DNA of 64,000 nt from an uncultured Gammaproteobacteria bacterium (GCA_964432675.1 CAYSOG010000003.1:14368-78367); one strand, 5' to 3'. Shown: positions 29,675-37,932, numbered from the stretch's first letter. The notes: a model not told the origin generated them from the sequence alone. Program-made: numbers and translations.

Positions 29675-30422
29675 GTTGTGTTTCCTTAGTCGACTTTTCG
29701 GCGGCGGCAAGATCGTCTTGCGTTGTAACGCCAAACCATTGGTTCGTCTTGCCAAAATCGATCGCCTGTACAGTTTCTCCTTGCTGATTTGCTAACTCGA
29801 TAAGGTCGGTTAAATAATATTCTTGTGTGACTGATGAAGGCGTTATCTTGGTTATATTGGCAGCAAACCACTGTTTTTGGAAGATGTATAGCCCAGGATT
29901 AACTTCGTTAATAAGCCGTTGTTCATCATTTGCATCTTTTTCCTCGATAATTGCTTGCACATTGCCTACCTTGTTCCGAATAATTCGACCTTTTCCCAAT
30001 GGATTAGTAACTTGCATGGTCGCCATTGTAATAACTGCATTACCATTGTTGTGAACCTCGATAAGCGCTTGATAAGTCGTTTGATCTACAAACATCGCAT
30101 TATCTGCATAAAGGATAATAATATGCTCAATAGCTTTGCCTAGCTTTGGCAGTGCATCGGAAGCTGCTGCTGCAGTACCATAGTGCTCCCCCTGGATAAC
30201 AAAGTCGGTGCTTGAGAATTTTCTGACTGCCGCTTCTACAAGTTCGGCTTTGTATTTGATAACCGTAATGACTTGCCCGAGATTGAGCAATGCTAACGTG
30301 TTGAGAGAATAATAGAGCAGCGGCTTACCATTTATTTCATGCAATACTTTTGGTAGTTCCGACTGCATTCGGGTCCCTTTTCCTGCGGCAAGTACAATGG
30401 CAGCGTAGTTATTTTTACCCAT
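29661..30422 (-). CDS. sugar-1-phosphate nucleotidyltransferase (GlmU N-terminal-domain type, no acetyltransferase domain)
   Basis: LAAGKGTRM signature, a GT-A-like fold and a length of about 250 aa. Confidence 0.7.
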   Translation of the reverse strand: MGKNNYAAIVLAAGKGTRMQSELPKVLHEINGKPLLYYSLNTLALLNLGQVITVIKYKAELVEAAVRKFSSTDFVIQGEHYGTAAAASDALPKLGKAIEHIIILYADNAMFVDQTTYQALIEVHNNGNAVITMATMQVTNPLGKGRIIRNKVGNVQAIIEEKDANDEQRLINEVNPGLYIFQKQWFAANITKITPSSVTQEYYLTDLIELANQQGETVQAIDFGKTNQWFGVTTQDDLAAAEKSTKETQHGTK

Positions 30423-31650
30423 GATAACCTAATTTTTCCAGTATATCGGCAGCAATTTGTTTTTCATTCCACGGAAGTTCTTTATCACCAATTGATAATG
30501 ATTTTTGGCTGCCCTTACCAAGAAGAGCAACAATATCACCACGTTTTGCGATGCTAAGGGCTGCTTTCATCGCGTTATACCGATCGGGAATTTTGGCGAA
30601 AACATGGCCGTTTAACTTTTGGGATGACAGCTCGCTTATTCCGACCTCTTTCGCACCAGCCTCTAAACATCCAGGAACTATTTGGCTAATTATATCATTG
30701 ACATCTTCTGAGGCCGGGTCATCGGCAGTAACAATGGCAATATCGGCATTTTCGGCTACCATTTTGCCAGTAATCGGCCGCTTCGTTTTGTCACGCTCCC
30801 CGGCTGAGCCAAACATTGCAATAAGCCGGCCTTTCGTTTGTGTCCGCAAAGCCTTGAGGACCTGCTCGGTCGCATAGGGTGTATGGGCAAAATCAACGAA
30901 GACCTTAAAAGATTGTCCAGCGCTAACCTCATCTAACCTGCCTTCGACCCCTTGAAACGACGAAAGGGTTTGTTTGATATTGGCCTCTTTTACACCAAGT
31001 TCCCTCGTCATTGCTGCTGCAGCCAACGCATTTTGCATATTGTAGGCTCCGGGCAACCTGATCTGGAGTGGAAACGTTACTGGATTGGTTTCGGCGCGAT
31101 TGGTAAGGCCATAGGTGATTGTTTTGCCCGCAATTGTTTCCGCCGATAAAGCTTTATACCAAGGGCCGTCGTTGTTTATGACAGCAACTTTTGTTCCCCG
31201 GAACAATTTTGCTTTGGCTTTAACGTAACGGTCAAATGTTTTATGGTAGTCAAGATGTTCATGCGTGATGTTTGTCAAAACGCCACCGTAAAAGTTGCAG
31301 CCGGTTAATCGATTTTGGTCCAGACCATGGCTTGTTGCTTCAACGACTGCGTATGTACATCCCTGGTCAACCATTGTCCGTAGCAGTTTTTGAAGCGCGA
31401 ACGGATTTGGTGTCGTGACGTGTAATCCAAGCTGTATAACATCATCACCGACTTTAGCGCCAACTGTACTAATAAGGCCAACATTTTTGCCAGCATGAAG
31501 CAACACTTCGTAAATCATATTGGCTGTCGTGGTTTTGCCGTCTGTTCCAGTAACGCCTATAACAATAAGTTTTTTTGCAGGGTACCGGTAAAAAGCCACC
31601 GCACCAAGCGCTACTAAGTAATGGTAGATATTCTTAAGTGATTGGAACAT
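30415..31650 (-). CDS. murE: Mur ligase family protein, MurE-like (DFAHTP motif) but lacking the usual N-terminal UDP-binding domain
   Basis: P-loop GVTGTDGKTTT about 35 aa from the start; VDFAHTP (MurE DYAHTP-type, not the MurF DDSYNAN-type); 411 aa. Confidence 0.65.
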   Translation of the reverse strand: MFQSLKNIYHYLVALGAVAFYRYPAKKLIVIGVTGTDGKTTTANMIYEVLLHAGKNVGLISTVGAKVGDDVIQLGLHVTTPNPFALQKLLRTMVDQGCTYAVVEATSHGLDQNRLTGCNFYGGVLTNITHEHLDYHKTFDRYVKAKAKLFRGTKVAVINNDGPWYKALSAETIAGKTITYGLTNRAETNPVTFPLQIRLPGAYNMQNALAAAAMTRELGVKEANIKQTLSSFQGVEGRLDEVSAGQSFKVFVDFAHTPYATEQVLKALRTQTKGRLIAMFGSAGERDKTKRPITGKMVAENADIAIVTADDPASEDVNDIISQIVPGCLEAGAKEVGISELSSQKLNGHVFAKIPDRYNAMKAALSIAKRGDIVALLGKGSQKSLSIGDKELPWNEKQIAADILEKLGYHG

Positions 31651-31730
31651 TAGCTAAATTATAGCGTACATAATAAGTGATAGCGAGTAAAGCTGAAGAA
31701 AAATGTAATGAAAAAATGCGCAATTTAGTG

Positions 31731-31780
31731 CTTTAAATAAAAAGGGGCGGGCCATCGAGATAATCACGACAGCCCGCCTT
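31731..31780 (-). terminator. rho-independent terminator read on the minus strand (GGCGGGC stem, TTTTTATTT tract)
   Basis: Stem formed by 31744-31752 and 31772-31778, with a T-tract on the minus strand. It lies between the GC-rich basic-ORF segment and murE. Confidence 0.5.
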
Positions 31781-32271
31781 TGAAATAACAAATACTACAA
31801 ATAGTAATTCCGAGGGTAATCAATACCCGGCCCTTGTGGTGTTCCAGGACCGGAAGGTCCACTTGGTCGTCTGGGTACCCTTATTGGTTGTGAGGGTCCA
31901 ACAGGTGGCGATGGACCGGTTGGCTTGGGGGACGGTGGTAGGGTTACCACATTTTACTCCTCAGCCATTTTTGGTGATACTACACGACGCATTTCGCGTC
32001 GCTGTTGCCTCGCTTCTTGCCGGTTACGCTTTTTGGTTGCCGCAACATTCGCCTTCCGAAATTGTTTATGTGGCAACTTATGCGGTGTGGCTGATTTAGC
32101 CATTGGTCATAACCACCATTATTGCTGCCGTTGTGCGGCTTTAAGTGAACCCTTGCGTAGCCGTTGCTCACGACGGTTCAACTTCTTAAGCTGCTTTTCA
32201 GAAAGCTTTCGATTGTTACCATTTTGGGCGTTAACCAGGCTCTTCTGGGCTTGGACCAAGGCATTGTCTCC

Positions 32272-32460
32272 TTATCTGACTTCGAAGATGTGGCCCACAC
32301 TCATCGATAAGCGATTTTGACCCAATAAGCGAGTAGCTACCAATTCCTGAGGCGATGACGGTGGGAGCGAAAAAACGTATTGTTCCGCATAGTGATTTTG
32401 GATAACCTGCCTTCTCGCACTTTTATGCCGTTTCTTGCGGCATCGTTTATGGGTGCTCAC
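32272..32460 (-). CDS. basic mini-ORF B (VSTHKRCRKKRHKSARRQ..., 62 aa) with a perfect SD
   Basis: GTG start directly after the TAG of ORF A, with AGGAGG 9 nt upstream; see the parent feature. Confidence 0.3.
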   Translation of the reverse strand: MSTHKRCRKKRHKSARRQVIQNHYAEQYVFSLPPSSPQELVATRLLGQNRLSMSVGHIFEVR

Positions 32461-32775
32461 CTATATTTTCCTCCTTAGGAAGTTTTCTTCGGGGGTTTGG
32501 TTCGTTTTGGTCACCCATTGTCGTCGTGGTCGTTCAGGTACCACTGGAAGCGCTTTGCCCGATTGCAATGCCACATTACCATTGTTAACAATACCGCCGG
32601 TAAATGCATATGTGAGTGGATCCTGCGATATCGGCTCAGGCCGTCGCTGGCTCTTTGGTCGCTTGGGCTGCACCTTTGACTTTGACCTTTGCGGTTTCGG
32701 TCGACGCCATCGAGCCTTCTGGTTTTTCCCTGACAATGCTTTCACCTCAACGTTAAGATGCCAAATTTGAGGCAA
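32461..32775 (-). CDS. basic mini-ORF A (104 aa, KARWRRPKPQRSKSKVQPKRPKSQRRPEP...)
   Basis: TTG or GTG start with no clear SD; see the parent feature. Confidence 0.25.
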   Translation of the reverse strand: MPQIWHLNVEVKALSGKNQKARWRRPKPQRSKSKVQPKRPKSQRRPEPISQDPLTYAFTGGIVNNGNVALQSGKALPVVPERPRRQWVTKTNQTPEENFLRRKI

Positions 32776-32828
32776 GTTACATACCCGTTTTAATGCCGCC
32801 CTCCTGCTGCAGCAAGCTTAAACATGTA

Positions 32829-32875
32829 GTGCCTCAGGATAGCAGCAAAATACCTTTGCAGTCATCCTGAGGCAC
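32829..32875. repeat. perfect 12-bp inverted repeat GTGCCTCAGGAT-N23-ATCCTGAGGCAC with a nested GCAAA/TTTGC hairpin in the loop
   Basis: Seen directly; located in the divergent region between ORF A and the GNAT gene. Confidence 0.6.
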
Positions 32876-33092
32876 CCAAAATAAAAGACAGCCCACTTTA
32901 CACTACCCTTCCAGGCCTTATTTCCTCGATACTACTATCTTTTAAATGTGCAAGATCATGAGACGAGGAGCTTAAAACATACTCGTCTCTTAGCTCTAAA
33001 TTGCAAAAAAACTTCTCTCAACTAGGTGTGGAGAAGAAGTGTTTCGTTTATTATGACGTATGATACAATAGCAGTCAAGCAAATGCAACACT

Positions 33093-33581
33093 ATGGGGCT
33101 TGCCATTACAAAAAGCAATCGCCATAATATAAATGTAGATAATATGATTGTTTTAGCCAAATTAGCCGATATTTCCATTACAGACCAGATAGCATCGCAG
33201 ATATATACCCTGTTGCAGCAGCTCTCGCCTCGAGCAAAACAGCTTACTACCGACACATTAAATGGGTTAATCAAGCAACCTGGAGTACATACATTTGTGG
33301 CCCAAGACAATGCCACTATAATTGGTATTGTTTCCTGTGTTATTGCAGCCTTACCGCTTAAAAAGATTATGTATATCGAAGAGCTTGTTGTGGATGAAAC
33401 ATACCGAGGCCAGGGTATCGGCAAAAAATTACTCGAGCAGACATTAGCATTGGGTAAACAAGAAGGGGTAACGGAGGTTGATCTTACCTCAAACCCTAGC
33501 CGAACAGCAGCAAGGGCGCTCTATGAAAAATTAGGCCTGCAAAAGGCCCATACTGACTGTTTCCGATTGATTATCGAATAA
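33093..33581 (+). CDS. GNAT-family N-acetyltransferase
   Basis: Acetyl-CoA-binding motif A (VDETYRGQGIGKKLLEQ) and motif B (ARALYEKLGL). Confidence 0.8.
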   Translation: MGLAITKSNRHNINVDNMIVLAKLADISITDQIASQIYTLLQQLSPRAKQLTTDTLNGLIKQPGVHTFVAQDNATIIGIVSCVIAALPLKKIMYIEELVVDETYRGQGIGKKLLEQTLALGKQEGVTEVDLTSNPSRTAARALYEKLGLQKAHTDCFRLIIE

Positions 33582-33643
33582 TAAACTGGCGATTTCTACA
33601 GAAAGACGAGCTCACGTTCCACCTGATACAATTTGTTTTCCCG

Positions 33644-35329
33644 TTATTGCGTTGGGGTAATTCCCCAGTATGCAAAGAGCTCTTTTGCGACATCGTAAAA
33701 AACAGGTTCGGCCGTTAGCGCGCCATGTTCGCCCCCAACTGGTTGTTTCATCCTCACAAGCATCACAAACTTCGGATTATCCGCAGGTCCAAAGCCAATA
33801 TACGATGCGTCAACATTACTATCAGAGTCATAATGGCCGGCTATTGCGACCTGGGCTGTCCCTGTTTTGCCAGCAAACCAAAAACCAGCTGGCTTGTATA
33901 AGCGCTTCGCTTCGCTATTTTCAACTACATATTCCAAAAGCTGGGTCATTTTTTTGGAAGTCTCTTCTGTAATTACCTGCTGAATAACCTTGGGCTTAAT
34001 ATCTATTTCGCCAGTACTTGTAATAATTTTTTTTACAACATGAGGTTCAAGCAATTTGCCGCCGTTGGCTATCGCAGCTTCAGCCCGCACTAGTTGGATA
34101 GGCGTGACGGCAATACCCTGGCCAAATGTAGCCGTAGCATAATCTATTGGATACCATTTATCTTTTGGCCGGAGTTGAGCAACTTGCTCGTCTTCAAGGT
34201 CAATATTGGTACTTTTACCGATGCCGAAGTTATTTAAATACTCATACAACTTATCACGGCCAAGCTGCTCACCAACGTAGATCATACCGTTATTATCGGA
34301 ATTCTTGACAATATCTGACATTGTTTCGTTTTGACGGTAAGTATTGTCCCAATTGTGGATAACACTACCACTAATCTTCCTTGGTTCATCGGTACACGGA
34401 CAAACAGAATCAGGTTTGACCGCGCCGGCGTCAATCGCTGAAGCCATTACGATTGTTTTGAACGTGGATCCAGGTTCATATGTATCGGAAACAATCGGAT
34501 TTGGATAACTGCTTGCATCAGCCTTATAATAGGTTGCCGGTTCGTAGGTTGGATATGAAGCCATTGCTAAAATGCCGCCTGTATTTGGGTCCATAATCAC
34601 AATATCCCCTGATTTGGCATGGAACTTTTCAACGCCTAGCTTAAGCTTTTGCTCAGCAATAAACTGGATTGTGCGGTCAATGTTGAGCACCAGGGTATTA
34701 CCTCGGGTCGCCAAAGCTTCTTGGGCCTGCGCCGTTAGAATTGGACTACCAAACACGTCCGTTTCCTGCGTCACAAACCCTTCATTGCCGCTCAATTCAC
34801 GGTTGTAATACCCTTCGAGGCCAAAGTATCCTTTATCCTTGCCCGCATCATCTTTTCCGACAAACCCTAAAACGTTTGCCGCCATTGAAGCTTCAGGGTA
34901 GAGGCGGCGCTCCTGTCGATCAAAGCCAATGCCTGATAAGTGGAGTTGTTCAATAGTGTCCTTCGTTTGAACCGAAACTGGCGCCGCCAACGGTATCCAA
35001 TCTAAATTTTGGCTTAGTTTTGCGGATATAGAAGCCTCAGGCACTTCTAATAAGGGTGCCACAATTTTTGCGAGGCTATCCTGATTTGTTGTATTTTTCT
35101 TATCAACGAATGGCAAATAGGAAAGTTGGCTTGCTACTAATATTGAGCCATCTGAAAAGAGGATGCTGCCACGTTGTCCAATCGACTTTGTGGTTGTAGT
35201 TTTTTCACTTTCCGCTTTTGCCTGTAGTGTATCGGCCTTAACAACCTGCCAATAAAAAAGGCGTACAACAACGCCGAAAAACAACAGTAACAGAAAGCAT
35301 TTCAAAAACGATGCCCGCCAAGGTATCAT
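33644..35329 (-). CDS. ftsI: class-B penicillin-binding protein (transpeptidase), FtsI/PBP2-like
   Basis: N-terminal TM; SxxK (GSTFK), SxN (SDN) and KTG (AGKTGTA) motifs; lies downstream of ftsL in the dcw cluster. Confidence 0.8.
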   Translation of the reverse strand: MIPWRASFLKCFLLLLFFGVVVRLFYWQVVKADTLQAKAESEKTTTTKSIGQRGSILFSDGSILVASQLSYLPFVDKKNTTNQDSLAKIVAPLLEVPEASISAKLSQNLDWIPLAAPVSVQTKDTIEQLHLSGIGFDRQERRLYPEASMAANVLGFVGKDDAGKDKGYFGLEGYYNRELSGNEGFVTQETDVFGSPILTAQAQEALATRGNTLVLNIDRTIQFIAEQKLKLGVEKFHAKSGDIVIMDPNTGGILAMASYPTYEPATYYKADASSYPNPIVSDTYEPGSTFKTIVMASAIDAGAVKPDSVCPCTDEPRKISGSVIHNWDNTYRQNETMSDIVKNSDNNGMIYVGEQLGRDKLYEYLNNFGIGKSTNIDLEDEQVAQLRPKDKWYPIDYATATFGQGIAVTPIQLVRAEAAIANGGKLLEPHVVKKIITSTGEIDIKPKVIQQVITEETSKKMTQLLEYVVENSEAKRLYKPAGFWFAGKTGTAQVAIAGHYDSDSNVDASYIGFGPADNPKFVMLVRMKQPVGGEHGALTAEPVFYDVAKELFAYWGITPTQ

Positions 35330-35335
35330 ACAGTA

Positions 35336-35527
35336 TTAGCGAATGGCCTGGATTGCAGTTTGCAGTGCGACCGGTTGATCTTTTTCTGGTGAAACAAACA
35401 CAATGTTATTGGCGTTTTGAAGCCCTAATTCTTGGGCTTTTTGGATGATATAAGATAATGATGTATAAGTTGCTAGTTGGCTATTAAGCCGGTCATTTTC
35501 CTCTTGCAGTGTTTCCTTCTTTGCCAA
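35336..35527 (-). CDS. ftsL: FtsL-like periplasmic coiled-coil fragment (C-terminal part of the split ftsL)
   Basis: AKKETLQEENDRLNSQLATYTSLSYIIQKAQELGL is a leucine-zipper-like helix. It is in frame with the upstream TM fragment, separated by a TAA and 11 codons. Confidence 0.4.
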   Translation of the reverse strand: MAKKETLQEENDRLNSQLATYTSLSYIIQKAQELGLQNANNIVFVSPEKDQPVALQTAIQAIR

Positions 35528-35560
35528 TATGATTGATAAATCCTCACCTTTGGTAGCAAA

Positions 35561-35716
35561 TTAATTTGACAGGAAAAGCTGGGCTATAGAAACACCGACC
35601 GCAATGATAACCACTGCTGTCAGTATAAGGCGTATACTTCTTAAAGAATGTTTCGTTTGCGGCATCTCAGCTGCCATTGCCTTGTATTTTTTTGATTTTG
35701 TTTTGTATGATTTCAT
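35561..35716 (-). CDS. ftsL: FtsL-like N-terminal fragment (basic cytoplasmic tail plus TM; 51 aa)
   Basis: Manual translation gives MKSYKTKSKKYKAMAAEMPQTKHSLRSIRLILTAVVIIAVGVSIAQLFLSN, ending at TAA (35561-35563). Its ATG overlaps the rsmH stop (ATGA). Not in the ORF track because it is under 60 aa. Confidence 0.45.
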   Translation of the reverse strand: MKSYKTKSKKYKAMAAEMPQTKHSLRSIRLILTAVVIIAVGVSIAQLFLSN

Positions 35717-36645
35717 ACTTTTTCAAAAACTCGCAGTTTCGCACTACGTGACCTTGGATTTTGCATTACTTCAGCTTCTGTGGCTACAATCGGTTTTTTC
35801 GTTAATACTGTACCCTGCTGCTTTTCTTGCCATGTAATAAATTGTTGTTTCACTACTCGATCTTCGAGTGAGTGAAAGCTTATGACGGCCATAATGCCTT
35901 TGGCATGTAAAATTTCTAATGCCTGCGGTAGTGCATTGCGTAACGCATCGAGCTCGAAATTTACCGCAATTCGCAATGCCTGGAACGTCTTAGTTGCAGC
36001 ATTTATTTTTCCAGATCGCTCACCGACTGCATCGGCAATAATATGTGCCAGCTGCGCTGTCGTCGTAATTTTTTGTCTACTTCTTGCCCGACTAATCGCT
36101 TGCGCTATGTGTTTCGCCCTTGGTTCTTCGCCAAATTCTTTTAATAATCCTACCAATTGCTTTTCAGACAAAGTATTGACCAAATCCGCAGCAGTCAGAC
36201 CAAATTTCTTATTCATGCGCATATCGAGCGGTCCGTCGAAGCGGAAGCTAAATCCCCGGCGAGGCTCGTTTAGCTGGTATGACGAAACGCCCAAATCGAA
36301 CAAAATGCCATTCGCTTGCATAAAGTCGTTTTTTTGTGCAACCGCTAAGAGATCTTCAAATGATCCTTCAACAACCTTCACTGTTGAAAAATCGTTTAGC
36401 CATTTTTTTGCTTCAACAATAGCATCCTGATCGAAGTCTATTGCCAAAATGCTAGCCCCTTTTTCTGCCAGCGCCCTCGTATGGCCACCACCGCCAAGTG
36501 TTGCATCAATGATTTTCGATCCTTCATGCGGCTTAATTGCGGCTAGGACTTCATGTAAAAGGACTGGTGTATGGTACGCCTCATCATTCAAGTTGCTTTG
36601 CATACGTCTCCCAATTTCCTTGTTCCCAAATTTCAAAGTGGTCAC
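35713..36645 (-). CDS. rsmH: 16S rRNA (cytosine1402-N4)-methyltransferase RsmH (MraW)
   Basis: YHTPVLLHEVL...DATLGGGGHT motif of the MraW family. The likely start is the internal MQSNL. Confidence 0.9.
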   Translation of the reverse strand: MTTLKFGNKEIGRRMQSNLNDEAYHTPVLLHEVLAAIKPHEGSKIIDATLGGGGHTRALAEKGASILAIDFDQDAIVEAKKWLNDFSTVKVVEGSFEDLLAVAQKNDFMQANGILFDLGVSSYQLNEPRRGFSFRFDGPLDMRMNKKFGLTAADLVNTLSEKQLVGLLKEFGEEPRAKHIAQAISRARSRQKITTTAQLAHIIADAVGERSGKINAATKTFQALRIAVNFELDALRNALPQALEILHAKGIMAVISFHSLEDRVVKQQFITWQEKQQGTVLTKKPIVATEAEVMQNPRSRSAKLRVFEKV

Positions 36646-36982
36646 CAGCGCCGATAATCACAATTTGACCAGGCAGTTTTTCAAGCCTGGCAGCCGGTAA
36701 TAACTTTGCCGGAATTACTAGTCGGCCTTGCTCATCGATCTTAGCGACAAAGGCATTACTAAAAACATTACGACGTACTGTCCTGGCATCAGGATCGCCA
36801 AGCGGCGAAGACAACAACTTACCCGACACTTCTTCCCAATATGCGCGGTCATAGCCAAAGATAGCGTCATCAAATCCACGGCTTAAAACGACATCATCGG
36901 TCATTAAAGAATCGCGAATTGCTCGAGGCAATGACACCCTGTTTTTATTATCAATTGAGCCACTATACTGCCCGTAAAACAT
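36584..36982 (-). CDS. mraZ: transcriptional regulator MraZ
   Basis: Duplicated SpoVT/AbrB-like MraZ domains (DxxxR motifs: IDNKNRVSLP and IDEQGRLVIP). Confidence 0.9.
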   Translation of the reverse strand: MFYGQYSGSIDNKNRVSLPRAIRDSLMTDDVVLSRGFDDAIFGYDRAYWEEVSGKLLSSPLGDPDARTVRRNVFSNAFVAKIDEQGRLVIPAKLLPAARLEKLPGQIVIIGAGDHFEIWEQGNWETYAKQLE

Positions 36983-37207
36983 ATATCCTCCATTTTAAGG
37001 TATTTTATGGGCAGAATTATAATATTTAATGTTCAATAGCGATTTAATATTCTCGCCACTTCTTTCCATTTTGTACCGCAGTTAGCATGTCTGTCAACAC
37101 ACATAAAACCCGAAATTCTGTTATAATAACACAGTAGTAATTTCGCTTACTGCGAAGTAAATAGCCCGGCACGTTCAAAAGCTATACCTCTAATAAAGAA
37201 GGTAGGT

Positions 37208-37450
37208 ATGAAATCAATACACAATTTGCTCCTAAATGATATTCTTTATTTTGTTGTATTAATGCTCGTTCTGACGGTTATTGCCCTTGTTGCCTTTTTT
37301 ACCACGAAGATTGGATTAGCCTACTTCAGCTATCATTTAACAAAACCTATGGTGGCATTAGCACCGTTTGCGGCTATCATTTTTGCCGAAATAGGATTTT
37401 GTTTCCTTACTTTCTTTACTTCAGAAGTCAGCCAACCTCATGTAGGATAA
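37208..37450 (+). CDS. small two-TM membrane protein, first of the tandem paralog array
   Basis: GAAGG lies 5 nt upstream of ATG; two hydrophobic helices. Confidence 0.45.
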   Translation: MKSIHNLLLNDILYFVVLMLVLTVIALVAFFTTKIGLAYFSYHLTKPMVALAPFAAIIFAEIGFCFLTFFTSEVSQPHVG

Positions 37451-37464
37451 GGAGGGGGAGCGCC

Positions 37465-37671
37465 ATGCGCCAAGCTAGAAGGTGGATAAAGATTATTCTA
37501 TTGTCAATCGCCAATGGCCTAGCCTGTTTTCTTACGATTTATTCACTTGCGTACCTATTTCTTACAGCCCTACCAACTCTAAGGGAAGCCATTGGCATGA
37601 TCGTAGTATTTACCTTGCTGTCAGCGGTTGCGTTCTATCTTCGGTTAAGTCCAAGGTGGATTGTAACCTAA
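37465..37671 (+). CDS. small two-TM membrane protein, second of the array (MRQARRWIKIILLSIANGLACFL...)
   Basis: ORF track 37399..37671; the likely start is ATG at 37465, preceded by GGAGGGGG. It is homologous to the third paralog (W7, GL, IY.LA, L..L.E..G positions conserved). Confidence 0.45.
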   Translation: MRQARRWIKIILLSIANGLACFLTIYSLAYLFLTALPTLREAIGMIVVFTLLSAVAFYLRLSPRWIVT

Positions 37672-37719
37672 TTTATTCATATAGCCAGGTAAGCCAAGGA
37701 TCTCGAAAGGAGAAGAACT

Positions 37720-37932
37720 ATGCGGACAACCGAATGGTGGAAATTACTCATAGTGAAATCTTTTGTTCTTGGACTGATATTTAGCGCTATTTTTTATTTC
37801 TTGGCATCGATTATGCTATGGTCACTACTATCACTCAAAGAAACTGTCGGGTGTGTGGCAATTTCTATGGTCTTAGCATTTTTGATGTTGGACCCAAGAA
37901 CTAATCGGCTTTTGGGACTTACTGAGGCATAA
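37720..37932 (+). CDS. small two-TM membrane protein, third of the array (MRTTEWWKLLIVKSFVLGLIF...)
   Basis: AAAGGAG lies 8 nt upstream of ATG; paralogous to the second copy. Confidence 0.45.
   Translation: MRTTEWWKLLIVKSFVLGLIFSAIFYFLASIMLWSLLSLKETVGCVAISMVLAFLMLDPRTNRLLGLTEA

Larger units (their letters stand above)
31795..32775 (-). other. GC-rich roughly 1-kb segment. One minus-strand reading frame encodes Arg/Lys-rich and Gly/Pro-rich low-complexity polypeptides, interrupted by stops of all three kinds. It is either five tandem basic mini-ORFs (104, 62, 46, 49 and 51 aa) or a decayed gene.
   Basis: All five sub-ORFs share one frame and are separated by 0-5 codons: A 32461..32775, TAG, B 32272..32460, TAA, C 32119..32259, TAA, D 31954..32103, TAA, E 31795..31950, TAG. 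Canonical SDs precede B (AGGAGG, 9 nt) and C (AAGGAG, 8 nt). Flanked by the terminator at 31731-31780 and a perfect 12-bp inverted repeat at 32829-32875. Confidence 0.4.

Noticed and set aside
31845-31866. SRP-RNA-like CCGGAAGG hairpin (GGACC-GGAA-GGTCC) and other GGACC/GGTCC palindromes; also considered RNase P RNA or tmRNA in the GC-rich segment
   Set aside because: The palindromes are fully explained by Gly-Pro codon repeats (GGT CCA / GGA CCT) on the minus strand. No RNase P (GGAAAGUCCGGGCU, GGUGAAA) or tmRNA (GGGG..UUCGAC, 3' CCACCA) signature sequences were found by eye. Only a covariance-model scan could fully exclude a structured RNA.
31836-32770. Cys/Arg-rich + strand ORFs (87, 131 and 111 aa) in the GC-rich segment
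   Set aside because: They are the antisense of the far more coherent minus-strand basic frame, which has SDs. The composition (CxxC-like, Arg/Cys/Leu) is what reverse-complementing Lys/Arg/Gly/Pro codons produces.
32272-32775. Alternative genetic code (stop-codon reassignment) to explain the in-frame stops
   Set aside because: The interrupting stops are of all three kinds (TAG, TAA, TGA). Each of the three is also used as a genuine terminator of well-conserved genes in this window (TGA ends lepB and rsmH; TAA and TAG end others).
32996-33424. 142-aa minus-strand ORF
   Set aside because: Antisense to the GNAT acetyltransferase gene, which has clear acetyl-CoA-binding motifs.
35882-36430. 182-aa + strand ORF
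   Set aside because: Antisense to rsmH (MraW), which has clear family motifs.
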